A stretch of 56,820 nt of DNA from Stylophora pistillata (Eukaryota), in NCBI RefSeq assembly GCF_002571385.2, contig NW_019217881.1, forward strand, positions 173,775-230,594. The letters are read 5' to 3'. The position numbers and the translations under genes were made by a program. Below the pieces are notes generated by a model that did no database searches, had not been told where the DNA came from, and saw only the letters and a program-made list of their open reading frames with translations. Below, piece by piece: positions 11,001 to 22,890 of this stretch (its first letter is position 1; the number at the start of each line of letters is the position of its first letter).

Positions 11001-14000
11001 GGGAGAAAGAGGAAGAGGTAAAGGATGAAGAATTGAAGGGGACTGAAAGAATGAGTAGAAGTATGAGGACGGAGGGGTGGAAGAAAATGAGGAGTATTGA
11101 GAAAAAAGATAACGAAGAAGAGGAGAAGGAGGAGGAAGAAAAGTGGGAAAAGAGTGAAGGAGGAGAAATAGAAAAGGGGAAGGAGAGAAAGGAGAATTGA
11201 CAGGGGGAACAGGTAGAAGTGGTGGAAGGAGAAAAAGGAAGGAGAAGAGTGGAGAGCTAAGAGTGGAGAGCTAAGAGTGGAGAACTAGGAGGGAGAGGTA
11301 GAGAAAGAAGGAGAGAAGGGAAGGAGAAAAGGGAATATTGGAGAATTAAGGGGGAGAGGTATATATAAAAGGGGAGAGAGGAAGAGGAATAGGATGAAGA
11401 AGAATGAAGAAGAAAAAGGATGGAGANNNNNNNNNNNNNNNNNNNNNNNNNNNNNNNNNNNNNNNNNNNNNNNNNNNNNNNNNNNNNNNNNNNNNNNNNN
11501 NNNNNNNNNNNNNNNNNNNNNNNNNNNNNNNNNNNNNNNNNNNNNNNNNNNNNNNNNNNNNNNNNNNNNNNNNNNNNNNNNNNNNNNNNNAAGAGGAGAA
11601 GAAGAGCAAGAGGGTGAGGATGAGGAAGGGGAAGGAGAAGTGAAAGAAGAAGAAGAAAAAGAAGAGGAAGAGGGAGAAGAAGAAGAAGAGGGGGTGAAAG
11701 AGGAAGATGAAGAGGAAGACAAAGAAGAGGAAAAGGACGTAGAAGAGAAAAGAGGAAGAGAAATAGGAAGAAGAAAAGGAAGAAGAAGAGGAGGAGGAAG
11801 AAGGGGAGGTTGAGGAAGAGGAAGAAGTGAGGCATAAAGGTAGGTACTTTATTCTTACTAACCCAGTTATGTTGTCCACCCTCATGATCTCGTATTTGCC
11901 ATGATTGATTAGGTTCCCTCTGGTTGCGATAAAAAGTATTTCATCTCCACGTTGGATTTTGGCAGCATCCTCACAGTTGTTTAACACGACGCTTTTTGAG
12001 TCAGTAGACTTCACCTCCCATGATATCATTACTTGCGTGCAGATGTCGAGGGTTTCATCGTTGCATAACACTAAAATCGACGGCGGAAGACAACAATGTT
12101 GGATCGGGTACCACTTATACTCAAGAACGGCTGACACTACAGACATTAATACTGAATAACGGTCAACATAAACTCACGCAACGACACAAACAAGTCATAT
12201 ATACTTGTCGTCCATAATGTAAGCAAACCAAGAGTTGTATAGAAAGTGAGGGTGAGAGGAAAAAGAGGAGGAAAGCTAACGACGATCTCTCATTCTTTTC
12301 CTACTTACAATCTTCACAGTTTTTTCCATGCAGGTTCTTAAATGGACAGTGACATTGGTAATCGTCTTTGTCGTAAATCGGCTGACAAGTGCCGCCATTT
12401 CTGCATGGATTTGACATACACGGCGTCTGAAAAGAAAGGAGCGGAAATAAGTGACAACTAAGTAACAACTGAAATTAAATTTCGATCAGATATACATCAA
12501 CTTATATTCCATATCGAAAAACATTATCTCCTTGGCAGCGTGATTTGAATTTTTGAACTTACACTTTCTAGTTACTTTGTGGTTTACTTTACGGAGATCT
12601 GTATCCTGTACTATTCGTTTACATACAAATTGAAAGGAACATTCATCCATAGTTAAGAAATCGATAACCATTAGAATCGCAGTGTCCTTGTGGGGAAGGA
12701 GCTTCCAAAGCTGAAATAGCTTATAGTGCAACTGTACCACCTTTCACTGAGAATTCTAAGTGCAGCAATTCTCAAATTGCTGCACTTAGTAGGTTGAAAA
12801 AACAACTCATTTCGCAGAGACCAATTTGAAAGCGCGTCTAAATCCTGCTGTAGATGCAAGTAATCAGAATGGTGTTTAGTAACCTTGTAACATTTAGAGT
12901 CATCCGCAAACATAGCCAGTGTTGCACTGAAAACAACGTTAGGCATGTCATTAACAAATAGTGCAGCAATTTGAGAATTTATAAGAAGCGCCTTAGTCCT
13001 CCCCGCAGCTATGTTTTAAATGGTATTAATAGGGGCCTGAAGAAACCCCGACGGCGACGGCAACGAGGACGTGGAAAAACAAGAGATCTAATTGGCAGAA
13101 CAATAGCTCAGCACGTGCGTTTTGAAACTTTGTACATTTCTTAGCCGTCCTATGCAAAATTTAGTCTCCCTCGCAGCCGTTTTTAGTCTCGTCACGCAAC
13201 GCTTCTCCCCACAAACGTTCTCCCCAGAAGCGTTGCGTGACGAGACTAAAAACGGCTGCGAGGGAGACTAATGCAAAACAATAACGTGAAATCGCCAAAA
13301 TTTGCGTCGTCTGTGAACCGAAACCGCGACGGCAAATTATTTTAACTTCCATTTGGAACTCAACGGCTACTTTATACGTCATGCTGAAGTTGAGCTGTGG
13401 CGCTGTATGAGACAGTAAGCTCCTGCAGCCATTTTTGAAATTCTAACTAAGAGTAGAAATTCATTTTTCAATCGAAGTCTTCCTTGGCGTCGCCGTCCTG
13501 GTTTCTCAAGGTCCCTAATGTGGAGGTTGTCACGGCCGAAAAAGATCTTGGTATTATGATTGCAAATGACACCTCTTGGAAAGATCACTTAGTCATGATT
13601 GTAGCTATAGCTAATAGGATGCTTGGATTTTTCAAAAGGAACTGCACTGGTATTGTTGGTAGTACGGCGCTTTTGCGTCTTTACTACTCTTTAGTGCGCT
13701 CTCATTTTTGTTTTTGCTCTCAGTTATGGGCCCCGAAGTCAAGTAGCAGCAATTTTATTCTTGTTGAAAACATGCAAAGGAGAGCCACTCGATTTATCTT
13801 AAGGAATAGTAACCTATGTTGAAAGGCTCGTTTAATCAAGCTTAAGTTATTACCTCTAAGTTATTGGTTAGAATATCTTGACTTAGTTTTCTTTTTCAAG
13901 TGCCGTCATGGGCTTATATATTTCACTCGTGAACTGATTTAGTTATTTTCTTTTCTAAAGGGCAACACGCGCCGGGCTTCATCAGGGCTGCATGCATTTA

Positions 14001-16803
14001 AAGTTAAATGCCTATCGTACGTCTTCCTTTCGAGACTTTTACTTCAACAGAATAACTTTGATGTGGAACAGTTTACCTAAAACTATCAAGGATTCAAAAA
14101 TTTTGAACTCTTTCAAAAGTAAACTCAAGTCGTTTTATTTTACTAGACTTTTGAATGCTTTTGATGGTGACAATTTTCGTTCGTTCAAATTAATTTGTCC
14201 TAAGTGTCGCCGTGTAAATGCTTCTTCTGTCTGTACTTGTTAAGTTAAATTAAGTCAAGTTGTAAATTTGTATACTTTAGAATATTTCTGTGCGATTTAA
14301 ATTATTGAATTGTAATAAGTCGGATCAGGGAAGTCTTTTTTTCGGGATATTTCTTTCTGGGATATATATATTTTTTTTTTGCGGGGCTGGGAGTGGGTGT
14401 ATTAACCAAGTAGGGGACTTATGTCCTATTGTTGTGCACCTGTACTTGTACTTGTACGAATCCATAAATAAATAAATAAATAAATAATCTTCCCTTCAAT
14501 TGTCAGTTAAAAAGAACAGACCTTGCTTAGCGATTTTTGTTTCACTTTGCCTTTCTCTTATATATATATATATATACTCTGGATATTTTTCGTTGAAAAA
14601 TATGTGCGCCAGAGACGACAACATGTATTAGTATAACAGAGCGTTTGATTAACGCAAAAATCAACATAATGTCATTTGGACCCCTTGTTTTTTCAAACCG
14701 TGATAACATAAATTAGTCTCTTACTAAGATGTGGATATATCAACAAAGTTGAAATGGTAAATTGGCCACCGTAACGATTACAAAAGCTGACGTTTCGAGC
14801 GTTAACGCTCGAAACGTCAGCTTTTGTAATCGTTACGGTGGCCAATTTACCATTTCAACTTTATTGATATATTCAAATTATTTCGTTACCCCCACCGACG
14901 CAGCCCCAAACAGTTTCTTTAGAAATTATCAGCCTCTTACTAAGATCGCCTGTTTCTTATATTCTAAATACTCACCAATTGAATCCACCACTGATGTAAG
15001 ACAATTCCTGATTGAAACAAGTTTTGGAGGCGAAAACAGCTTCAAATTCAGGGTTAGGGTTAAAAGTTTTAAGATTTTATCACTGTGGTAAAATAAACGA
15101 GTGATTTACTATGGTTTACTGAAAAGATAACAATTCACAGCGGGACTCGGTATCTTTCCCTCAGACTTAATCATCGAAGAAACATTTCTGATTGTTAACG
15201 CACTCAAAGGTGCATCTTCCAAGACTTGAAACAAAGTTGCCAGTAGTGAAGCTATGAAAAAACGTTAAATGATTTCCACAAATTGTATATAACCTATACG
15301 ATTAATTTATTTAGAGTTCTTTTAAAACTCTGGAAATCAAAAATGTTCTTGCACTGATTCACTACGTTAAACAAAACAAAAAATATTCCGATCATTGTAT
15401 TTGGTCCAAAATTGTTTTTATCATTATAGTTAAACAAATTAAACGAAGATGTCTTTTGTTGTTGGTGGTTTTGGTCAACGTTGTTCTACCAAAATAACTC
15501 ACCATTTTAACAACTTCCGAGAACTTTACATTACTGCAGAGGCGAATGATTACGGAAATAAAGATTGAACCAAAACAAAAGAGAAATACTACAGAGGCTA
15601 CAACAGTAAAAAAAATTGGTAGTGGAACTAGGTGAGATAGAAAAATAACAAACCTAAAATTTCAACGCTTTCAATCAGCTTATTAATGAGAATATTTCTG
15701 GTATCCCGTCATCTTCACTACACTGAATATCCTTTGAAAGTTTTCGCTTATCTTGAAAAGCAAGGGAACGATTCTCGGAAAAATTACTTTGTCCACAGTT
15801 CTATTTTCATGAAATCCCCCTATTATATAGGTATAATGTTTAAGTGTGATATATTTGATAGATTTGACATATGATATATACGCCTGTCAAGATGCTCTAT
15901 TTTCCAGTCCGTTATTTACTTTAAACTGTTTCTTGTACGGGTCCTAAATATATTTCACTCATCTCTCGTATAATTAAATAATTTATACCAAGACCGACAG
16001 ATAAATGATCGATCACCATTATGATTCCTTTTCTCTAAATTGAAAGTTACCAAGTAGATTTTGAAAAGAAATTATTGCTTAATTTTCCTTCTAGTACTAA
16101 TAAGGGCTAACATCAATACAGATTCATAAAAACGGTACAACTCGTGCGAACTGAAAGACGAATGATGTGTTCTTTTTTCTCATTATCTTTATGTTTCTGA
16201 AATTCTTTTCTTGCTCTTCTATCAATTGTCATAAGTTGATAAATTCAAAGTGAATAAAACGTGAACTAACAATATCAACGGTTGTATAATAATTTTTTTG
16301 TACCGATGTACTGCTGTGGAGTAGAATCAGTTACAAATTCATAGCCCTTGCAATTATCAAAATGTTCAACGTGTTCAATTAAGAGCTTAAGGCTTATTTC
16401 TCTTAGCTGGGAAAATGAAAGCAGCGACCAGTCCTACCTTTATGTGATAATGGTGAAAATCATCGTTGGAGACAACCTTGTCCGATCGACTGAACTTATC
16501 TTCGTTTAGCAGTTCACAAATGTGTTTTCCTTGGGTTTGATGACCGGCAAAGTTTACAGAAATACATTTCTGACTGTTGATGCATTGGAAGGTGCATTCA
16601 CCAAGACTTTCAACTTTCAGTGTTGCGAACGATGAATTTGTGAGCTCTGTGAATGAATTGCCCACAAACTGAGCATAACGTATGCCAGAATCTAAAGTCC
16701 TTTTCAAGCTCACAGGCTCACCGGCTACATTTTCCAAGTCATGAGAAGCTGTCATCAAAGTGACTAGAAATAAAAATTTGCTGATGCTAGATGGAAATTC
16801 CAT
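8022..16803 (-). CDS. Secreted PAN/Apple + EGF + Gly-rich domain protein, about 621 aa; exons 16438-16803, 12309-12426, 11863-12070, 10665-10882, 10181-10342, 9879-10063, 9644-9791, 9321-9365, 8743-8925, 8337-8504, 8022-8086
   Basis: All ten introns are GT-AG with consistent phases; total 1866 nt ending TGA. Hydrophobic N-terminus, PAN Cys pattern (ECTFQC...CISVNF...CELL), EGF ([14 protein letters not shown]...YQCHC...GKNCE), then a Gly-rich region ending [21 protein letters not shown]. No transmembrane segment. Confidence 0.88.
10945..11832. repeat. Long polypurine (GA-rich) low-complexity tract with an internal N gap (11427-11590)
   Basis: Direct: almost exclusively A/G on the + strand. 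Confidence 0.95.
13031..13516. mobile_element. AGGG-ended MITE with 3-bp TSD (Harbinger/ISL2EU-like), inserted in the LINE
   Basis: AGGGGCCTGAAGAAACC...GGTTTCTCAAGGTCCCT, AAT on both sides; homologous (inverted) to 33961-34328. Confidence 0.8.
13162..13270. mobile_element. TAG-ended palindromic MITE (possibly Academ-type) nested in the previous MITE
   Basis: Perfect ~45-bp arms TAGTCTCCCTCGCAGCCG...CGGCTGCGAGGGAGACTA; ATGCAAAA duplicated on both flanks. Confidence 0.75.
14731..14933. mobile_element. Penelope-like foldback insertion
   Basis: ~65-bp inverted arms centred on GAGCGTTAACGCTC, retaining GAAACGTCAG (3' half of a minimal hammerhead). 13-bp direct repeat CTCTTACTAAGAT at 14718-14730 and 14934-14946. 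Confidence 0.7.
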
Positions 16804-17481
16804 TTGAAAGCATCTCTTTTTTAACTGTTCCCTGCGTTTTCTAGTGTTTCCAGGCCATGTATATTAAAGTTTGTTTACGCCTAAAAATTGTTTGATCAAA
16901 AGAGACTTTGAAAAAGCATTCATTATTAATACTGACAATTTTCTTTATTTGGTCGAAAGACTGCAGGCCAAAATCGCACAGATGAAAATTGAAAAAAAAA
17001 TTGCCTGCAGAAATTTTGTTTAATGATATCCAACTGGCCTGGGAAAAAAAGGTTAAGGTTTTCAATATTAGAACTGTTGAATATCCAAAATTAGAAAAAA
17101 AAATTGCTTAACCGACGTTTGACTTCCTTAATTTAATTACTTATGCTAATAAGAGAATGGTCGAATCTAATGGGTATTTGTTTCAGGTCGATAAACCACC
17201 AGTTAACGTTTGTCAAGTTGCCCAGAAAGACAGAATCTCTTATGAAATAGGCTATTTATGAATCAAAATAATGGGCGGTTTCAAAGCCGGGGCAAAAGCG
17301 TTTGTGAGAAATCGAGCTCTGTTGAAATCAGAGTAAAAGTTGATGTCATATCGAAGGCGTGGCATCCATCAAACGGCCCATCTAAAATTAGAAATTTAAG
17401 GATGCAAAGACATGTACAGCTAATCCATAGCTGTTTTCAGAGTGGCAGCAGCCTGAATATTATAGGAATAACAAACCAATA

Positions 17482-17597
17482 ATACGTATGATGCCCGATC
17501 CTCGCAGTAGAGAGCGCTATTTATGCAATAGCGAAAATCATTTTCGCTATTACATAAATAGCGCTCTCTACTGCGAGGATCGGGAATCATACGTATC
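17482..17597. repeat. Foldback made of SINE 3'-end sequence
   Basis: ~56-bp inverted arms containing GATCCTCGCAGTA.AGAGC.CTATTT..GCAATAG, shared with 42570 and 52539. Confidence 0.7.
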
Positions 17598-17988
17598 TAA
17601 TACCGCAGTTCAAAATATATGAACTTCATATATACATTGTACCAAACCAATAATAGCCCATTAGCAACCGTGAATGTCTCAACAACAACCCAGTTTCGGT
17701 TGATTCGCCCTAATTGCCCGCCGGTCCTCGTTCTGTGCTTACAGTATTTGAGCAATCATGAGAGACAGTCATGCAATCAGAAAACGAAGCGCAGTATTAC
17801 GGTGATCTTCCTCCGTTGGTTTATTTCTGGACAGCAGCCTCCTTGAAAACATTTTTTCTTTGAGGAATAATTCAATCAACCGTTTTAAAACGCCAAGACG
17901 CTGAGGCAATTCAACGTGTATGATTTTATACGACCAAGAGAACATCAACTGATACGACATGAAATTCAACTAAAATCGGTTTTGTTAA

Positions 17989-18210
17989 CCCTTCACACAC
18001 TCTAACTTCATTATGGATATTCATATTCTCCATACTGTTCTCCATAAATTTCCGAAGGTGTATTATGGAACTGAACAAGGAGAATTTGTTTAACAATCAA
18101 GAGCTTTCTTTTGTTATTGATCATTTCCTTTATTTTCCTAACCTTAATGTTTGACTCAGGGTGGATAGTGTAAGGAGAAATTGCGCCAGGCACTATTACA
18201 GGTCAAAGGG
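17989..18210. mobile_element. piggyBac-type MITE
   Basis: TTAA-CCCTT...AAAGGG-TTAA termini and TSD. Confidence 0.75.
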
Positions 18211-19151
18211 TTAATTAAATGTGGGTGGTCTTCAAGAGCTGCAAATTTCGAATTGATATTGGGCTGGTTTCATACTTGTTCCAAAGAGTTCATTTCGGTG
18301 TTTTTTCTGTTGTTGATATCTTAACTTAATCGCCGGAACTTTGAGATCCAAACAAATTTCACTCTGCCATTTTTCTCGCCATGATTCACACACTAGTGAT
18401 GTGTCCTTACTTGGCAAACGCTTTGACCTGTATTAAGATACTTCCAAATTTTAAATAATATGTATGGATAATATTTTGTGCTTCCCATAACAAGCCACTG
18501 TTCTGTCTTTTGTCTAAATAATCCGAGGTGGCTCAGCAACTTCAGGTTTCTGCCTTTATTTGTAGTCAGTAGTACAAGGACGGTAAAAACGTGACCTTTG
18601 AGAGGCCATATCAAAGACGAATCGATTTTTGTTGTTGTTGTAGTTGTTTTTCCAGGGGTGACTGCGTATTAACTGGTACGTTCTCTTGCATTTCGTTTTG
18701 CGGAACTATCTTTGCTCCTAAAGGAAGCGTTGAACTGAGCGCAGGTCTACGTTACACAGCAGCCATATATTTTGCATAAGAAAGAATTTTTTTCCTCTGG
18801 GTAAAATAATCTATTGTTCCTGCAATCCAAAATGCCTGCCGTGCAAAACCTCTATTACTGTTTCACATTCAAGGAAAGAGTCACGAAATATAAAGAAAAC
18901 GTGACTCGGTTTATAGCTGAGTCACGTTTTCCGACAGGATTTATACTCAACAGTCACTTTAACACCTGTTTGATTGACATATCCTTTGTTCACGTCCCTG
19001 CAAGACAGAATGGTATCAATTATCATATAAAAAGAGAATTCATTCCGTAATTACCCTTTGTCGCTGTTACTCTAATGCGCTAAACACTGTAACCCGTTAG
19101 ACTGAGCTGAAGATAAGTTATCAAGGACAGATTCATTTTGAAGTCGACAAA

Positions 19152-21032
19152 ATGCACTGTGCAAAATCAGAGCTGACGGTTCTTCTTGGTGTCGGAATAT
19201 TTCTAGCTGGTTCCATTTCCCTAATAGCGATTACAATGCAAAGAATTTTCCCAGCTCGTGAGGAGCAAACTTTTAAAGAAATAAACTGTACGATTGTGTC
19301 TGGGGATATGAACACAAAAACAAAATGCTCCAATAAAAATCAAGACGCACGCTACCCGTGCCTCAGGATATATGTTCTGTGTGGCAAAGATGAGATTCAA
19401 GAGAACCCTTCTTTAGAGAGCGCACAGCCTCGTTTATTAAGAAAGGATTTCTACAGCTTACACCAACAGGTACGTACAGATCTCAGTCTGTTTATTCTCA
19501 TTGTTTTACAGATTGTGAGGTTTTTTTTTTTTTTGTCGCCTAAATAGTATTTATTAAGTTAAAACGAGCTGTTTCTGTGATTTGTAGAACGATCAGTAGC
19601 GATTTCATATTTTCGTGAAAAACGTATCATCAGTACATCAACGAATTGCAAAAGCACGTCCATATTTCATTACGCAATGAAAAGGCATTTGGCTTTTGAT
19701 CTCCATTGTTGAATTAGATTGTTATTAGTTATTTTTGCTTGTTATGTATTTGCTTCTGACCTGGGAAAACCAATCACAATCGTCTGGACAGAACCTAGGT
19801 CAAGTTGCCATCTGTCTGTCAACGCAGCGCCATCACTGGCACATGTCCACATGTCCCACTTAATCCCACACTTTTTGAGTGTAATAATCTGTCGGAGTAA
19901 AGGGCGATATTGAAGAAAACACACCCTTCTGCCTCCCCCATCCCTCCCAAAACTGTTTTCAGAGCGATAATTCTGATGAAAATCATATTGCCAGAGCCAA
20001 AGAAAGTATGTCCCACTTAATCCCACACTTTTTGAGTGTAATAATCTGTCGGAGTAAAGGGCGATATTGAAGAAAACACACCCTTCTGCCTCCCCCATCC
20101 CTCCCAAAACTGTTTTCAGAGCGATAATTCTGATGAAAATCATATTGCCAGAGCCAAAGAAAGTTCCGCTTGGAAAATGCGCAAAACCAATAGGCCTCGG
20201 GCTTGCTTCAAGGCTTGCACAAGATGTACCTCACAAGACCTGAAAATGTACATAGAAAGATTTCGCAACAAATGTTTAAGTTGTTAATAATGATTTCGAA
20301 ACAGCTGACATTAACGTAGTGCGGCAATACACCCAAATATGGCACCAGGTCGGAAAACATTCCCGAGGAGGAACTGAAAAAAGTTCAAGATGCAATTTTA
20401 AATGTTCACCTCTTACAACACGCGTGCTTATATTTTGCAATGTACAGCAGAGCTGGTAATGTGAAAGCCGTCTGAAACAGTTTTGTTCCGAGTTATTATT
20501 TAACGTAATTTTCAGATATTATTATCCAAAATTCGCTCTCCGTGTCGCCTGAGCGCATCATAATCTCTGCACGTACGATGCGCTATTTATAGAACGAATT
20601 ATTAGATGTTTTTCTTGTCACTCACATGCGTATTGAGTGACGTATTGAGGAACTAGTTAAAAAAAAGTGCATTGCTTGACTAACTATATTTTCTCCGCTT
20701 TTCTTTTTCTTTAGTGCACTTTACCACCAGAACAGTGTAGTGACAAGTCTAACAGGCATCCCTTGGAGAAATTATTTCACACTGGTAATCCTGTAGGATC
20801 AAAACTTCAGTGCTTCTACAACCCAAATGATCCGGAACAAATCGTCAGCCAGAAAGATTCTAAGAAAAGCTACAACAAAATGGTGCTTAATAATGTGGTT
20901 TGGCCGCTGGCCGTTATACTGCTAGCGGTGATTATTATTGCGGGGGCCGCTTGCTTCCTCGCTACACGGCCTCAAGCTGGTTATGAAAAGTTAGAAGGAA
21001 TGACCAGTACTTCGCTTCATCAAACACTCTGA
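19152..21032 (+). CDS. KCNMB-like: BK (Slo1) channel beta-subunit-like protein 1, 211 aa; exons 19152-19469 and 20715-21032
   Basis: Two TM helices around a Cys-rich loop with YPCLRIYV, QQ|CT, LQCFYNPNDPEQIV and NNVVWP, motifs of the CaKB/KCNMB family. Phase-0 GT-AG intron. Confidence 0.85.
19851..20164. repeat. Perfect 157-bp tandem duplication (intronic)
   Basis: atgtcccacttaatccc...ccaaagaaagt occurs at 19851 and 20008. Confidence 0.95.
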
Positions 21033-21678
21033 ACGATTGAGTGTAAGATATCACTCCACTGAACCACGATGGTGGCTTTCTTCTCCCCAATGCTAGCTCA
21101 TTTGGGGTCGAAGTGAAAACAGTGCTGAATCTTAGAATTATGACAGGTACGCACTGTATAAAGGAAATAGGTTGGGACAGGTCATGATCTGTATCTCTGA
21201 GCAAAAAAATTGATAAAGTGATTGTTGGCAGCCAGATGAAGAGAAGGTTAAAGCGAGAAACTGTATAAAGAAGTCGTTAGCTTCACAGATCGAGTTTTGA
21301 CTGCACCATTTACATTCAAGACTGTTGAATTCAGACAGACTTTGATGATTACAATCAATATGGCAACAGAGGAGCCAGTATTGCGAAAATTATGGAATTA
21401 TAAAATTGTAACAAATATAATCATTGTAAATTATTTTGTAAAAATATTGGATCATCCAATTTGATTGCGAGGTATTTAACTTAGTTTTATCTGAAAGAAG
21501 ATATTGCCAAATAAAATAAGGAATTGACCTCAGTAACTCTGCATTATCATTTTTGCTTGGGAACTCGAACTTCACCTACTTTCGCTTGGATTGACTTCGT
21601 GGAGAGAAATTCTATATAAGAAGCACCTTCAACTCTTAGGTTGTGCGAACCCTGTCGTCTGAGAGATAAAACTGTGGC

Positions 21679-21803
21679 AAGAGTACCATATAACCCCATA
21701 CATTAATTATGCATTCAGACTAGTAGACTTTGTTTTTAAAGTTTTGTCGTGAAAGACAAAGGAGTGGAATGCATAATTAATGATGGAGTTATATTGTACT
21801 CTT
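21679..21803. repeat. Small inverted-repeat element (MITE-like)
   Basis: aagagtaccatataaccccatacattaattatgcattc / gaatgcataattaatgatggagttatattgtactctt. Confidence 0.55.
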
Positions 21804-22312
21804 TCCTAAAAGAAAAATACCCCATCCTAAGAAAAGTACCCCCTCAGCCTGTATTATTGAATGAAATATGTGTCCGCAGAGAACAGAATATTTAATACAT
21901 TTAACCTCGGATGTTCCCAGCGGAATCACGCCTCTCGCAGCGTTTGTAACGTCGTCATGTTATCTACAAAAACTGACAATTGACATTTCCTTTTATGCTT
22001 AGTTTTCGTTTCAAATAACAACCTTGTGCACGCTTTTTAGACCTTCGAAAGAGAAAAGGATCGATAACAGGAATTGTTTGCAAGAAATGAAAAGAATTGT
22101 TTCAATTACGCTTCTTATATTTTAGTTTCAATGAATTTAAAATTCAAATTGACGCTATATAAAACTCCACAAGTCACCAACTGGTCTTCCGTGTGAGACA
22201 TATCAGACTATCTTTTTAATTTTGCCTCCTTCTCTTAGAGTTACCCTATTATTGTCTCAAAATAGTGTTGCTCATCGTTAAAGAAATTTCAGTCCTGAAC
22301 ACTTTTAGTTGC

Positions 22313-22890
22313 TAATTAACAATTGGTTCATGCTTTAGCGTGCACTATCGAGTTATGGAGCACGCGGGAAGTTTGGAGAGCACGAAAGAAGCTTAAGAGT
22401 TGCCCGAGGCGATAGCCGAGGGCAACTCTAGCTTCTTGAGTGCTCTCGAAACTTCCCACGTGCTCCATAACTCGATAGTGCACAGCTGAAAGCATGAACC
22501 AATTGTTTTAGAACATAGCCGGTGGAATTGTGCATCAAATGCGACGCGAAAAACGGACAACAATATCAGTTGAAGCGAATCGTGACGGCGCTGATGCCGA
22601 GTCTCCTTTTCCTTTGTTTTTCTCTTTTTCTGCCTCATTTAAGAACTCTAGCCCATGGGAAAAGGTCGAAACATTGTCTTCGTTTTCGGACTAGCAGGCC
22701 GAGTTTCTGTTTGTATCCATTATTGTCGCGAAATGTATTATTTTTCCCCGCACTAGCAATGGCCGCTCGCGCGAAAAAAAAATTTCTGGCGAAGTCGGAT
22801 TTGCTGACGCTATCAGCGTGCACTATCGGGATTTTGAGCACGCTTACGTATAATGAATTTGATTGCGCGACTCTGCTAGCTATGTTCTAA
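22313..22890. mobile_element. Non-autonomous hairpin-ended element, probably Crypton-derived
   Basis: ~195-bp palindrome TAATTAACAATT...AATTGTTTTA (22313-22510) followed by TAGAACATAGC, whose inverse GCTATGTTCTA closes the element at ~22889. Confidence 0.6.

Larger units (their letters stand above)
12749..14487 (+). mobile_element. CR1-type LINE 3' fragment with an inverted 5' segment (about 12769-12958 on the minus strand) and nested MITEs
   Basis: Minus: INDMP...[10 protein letters not shown]...[12 protein letters not shown]...PTKC. Plus continues [18 protein letters not shown] / [11 protein letters not shown]...ANRMLGF...LYYSLVRSH...QRRATRFIL...[12 protein letters not shown]. (AAAT)n tail at 14466-14487. 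Confidence 0.9.

Noticed and set aside
11257-11835. Ser-, Phe/Leu- or Glu/Lys-rich ORFs
   Set aside because: Products of the polypurine tract and N gap inside an intron
8022-12070. ALK/LTK receptor kinase ortholog
   Set aside because: Gly-rich and EGF-containing, but the EGF precedes the Gly region, there is no TM or kinase domain, and a stop follows the last Gly tract
16304-16346. Possible extra micro-exon ([14 protein letters not shown]) after the PAN exon
   Set aside because: 43 nt would break the phase-0 join to the EGF exon; weak acceptor
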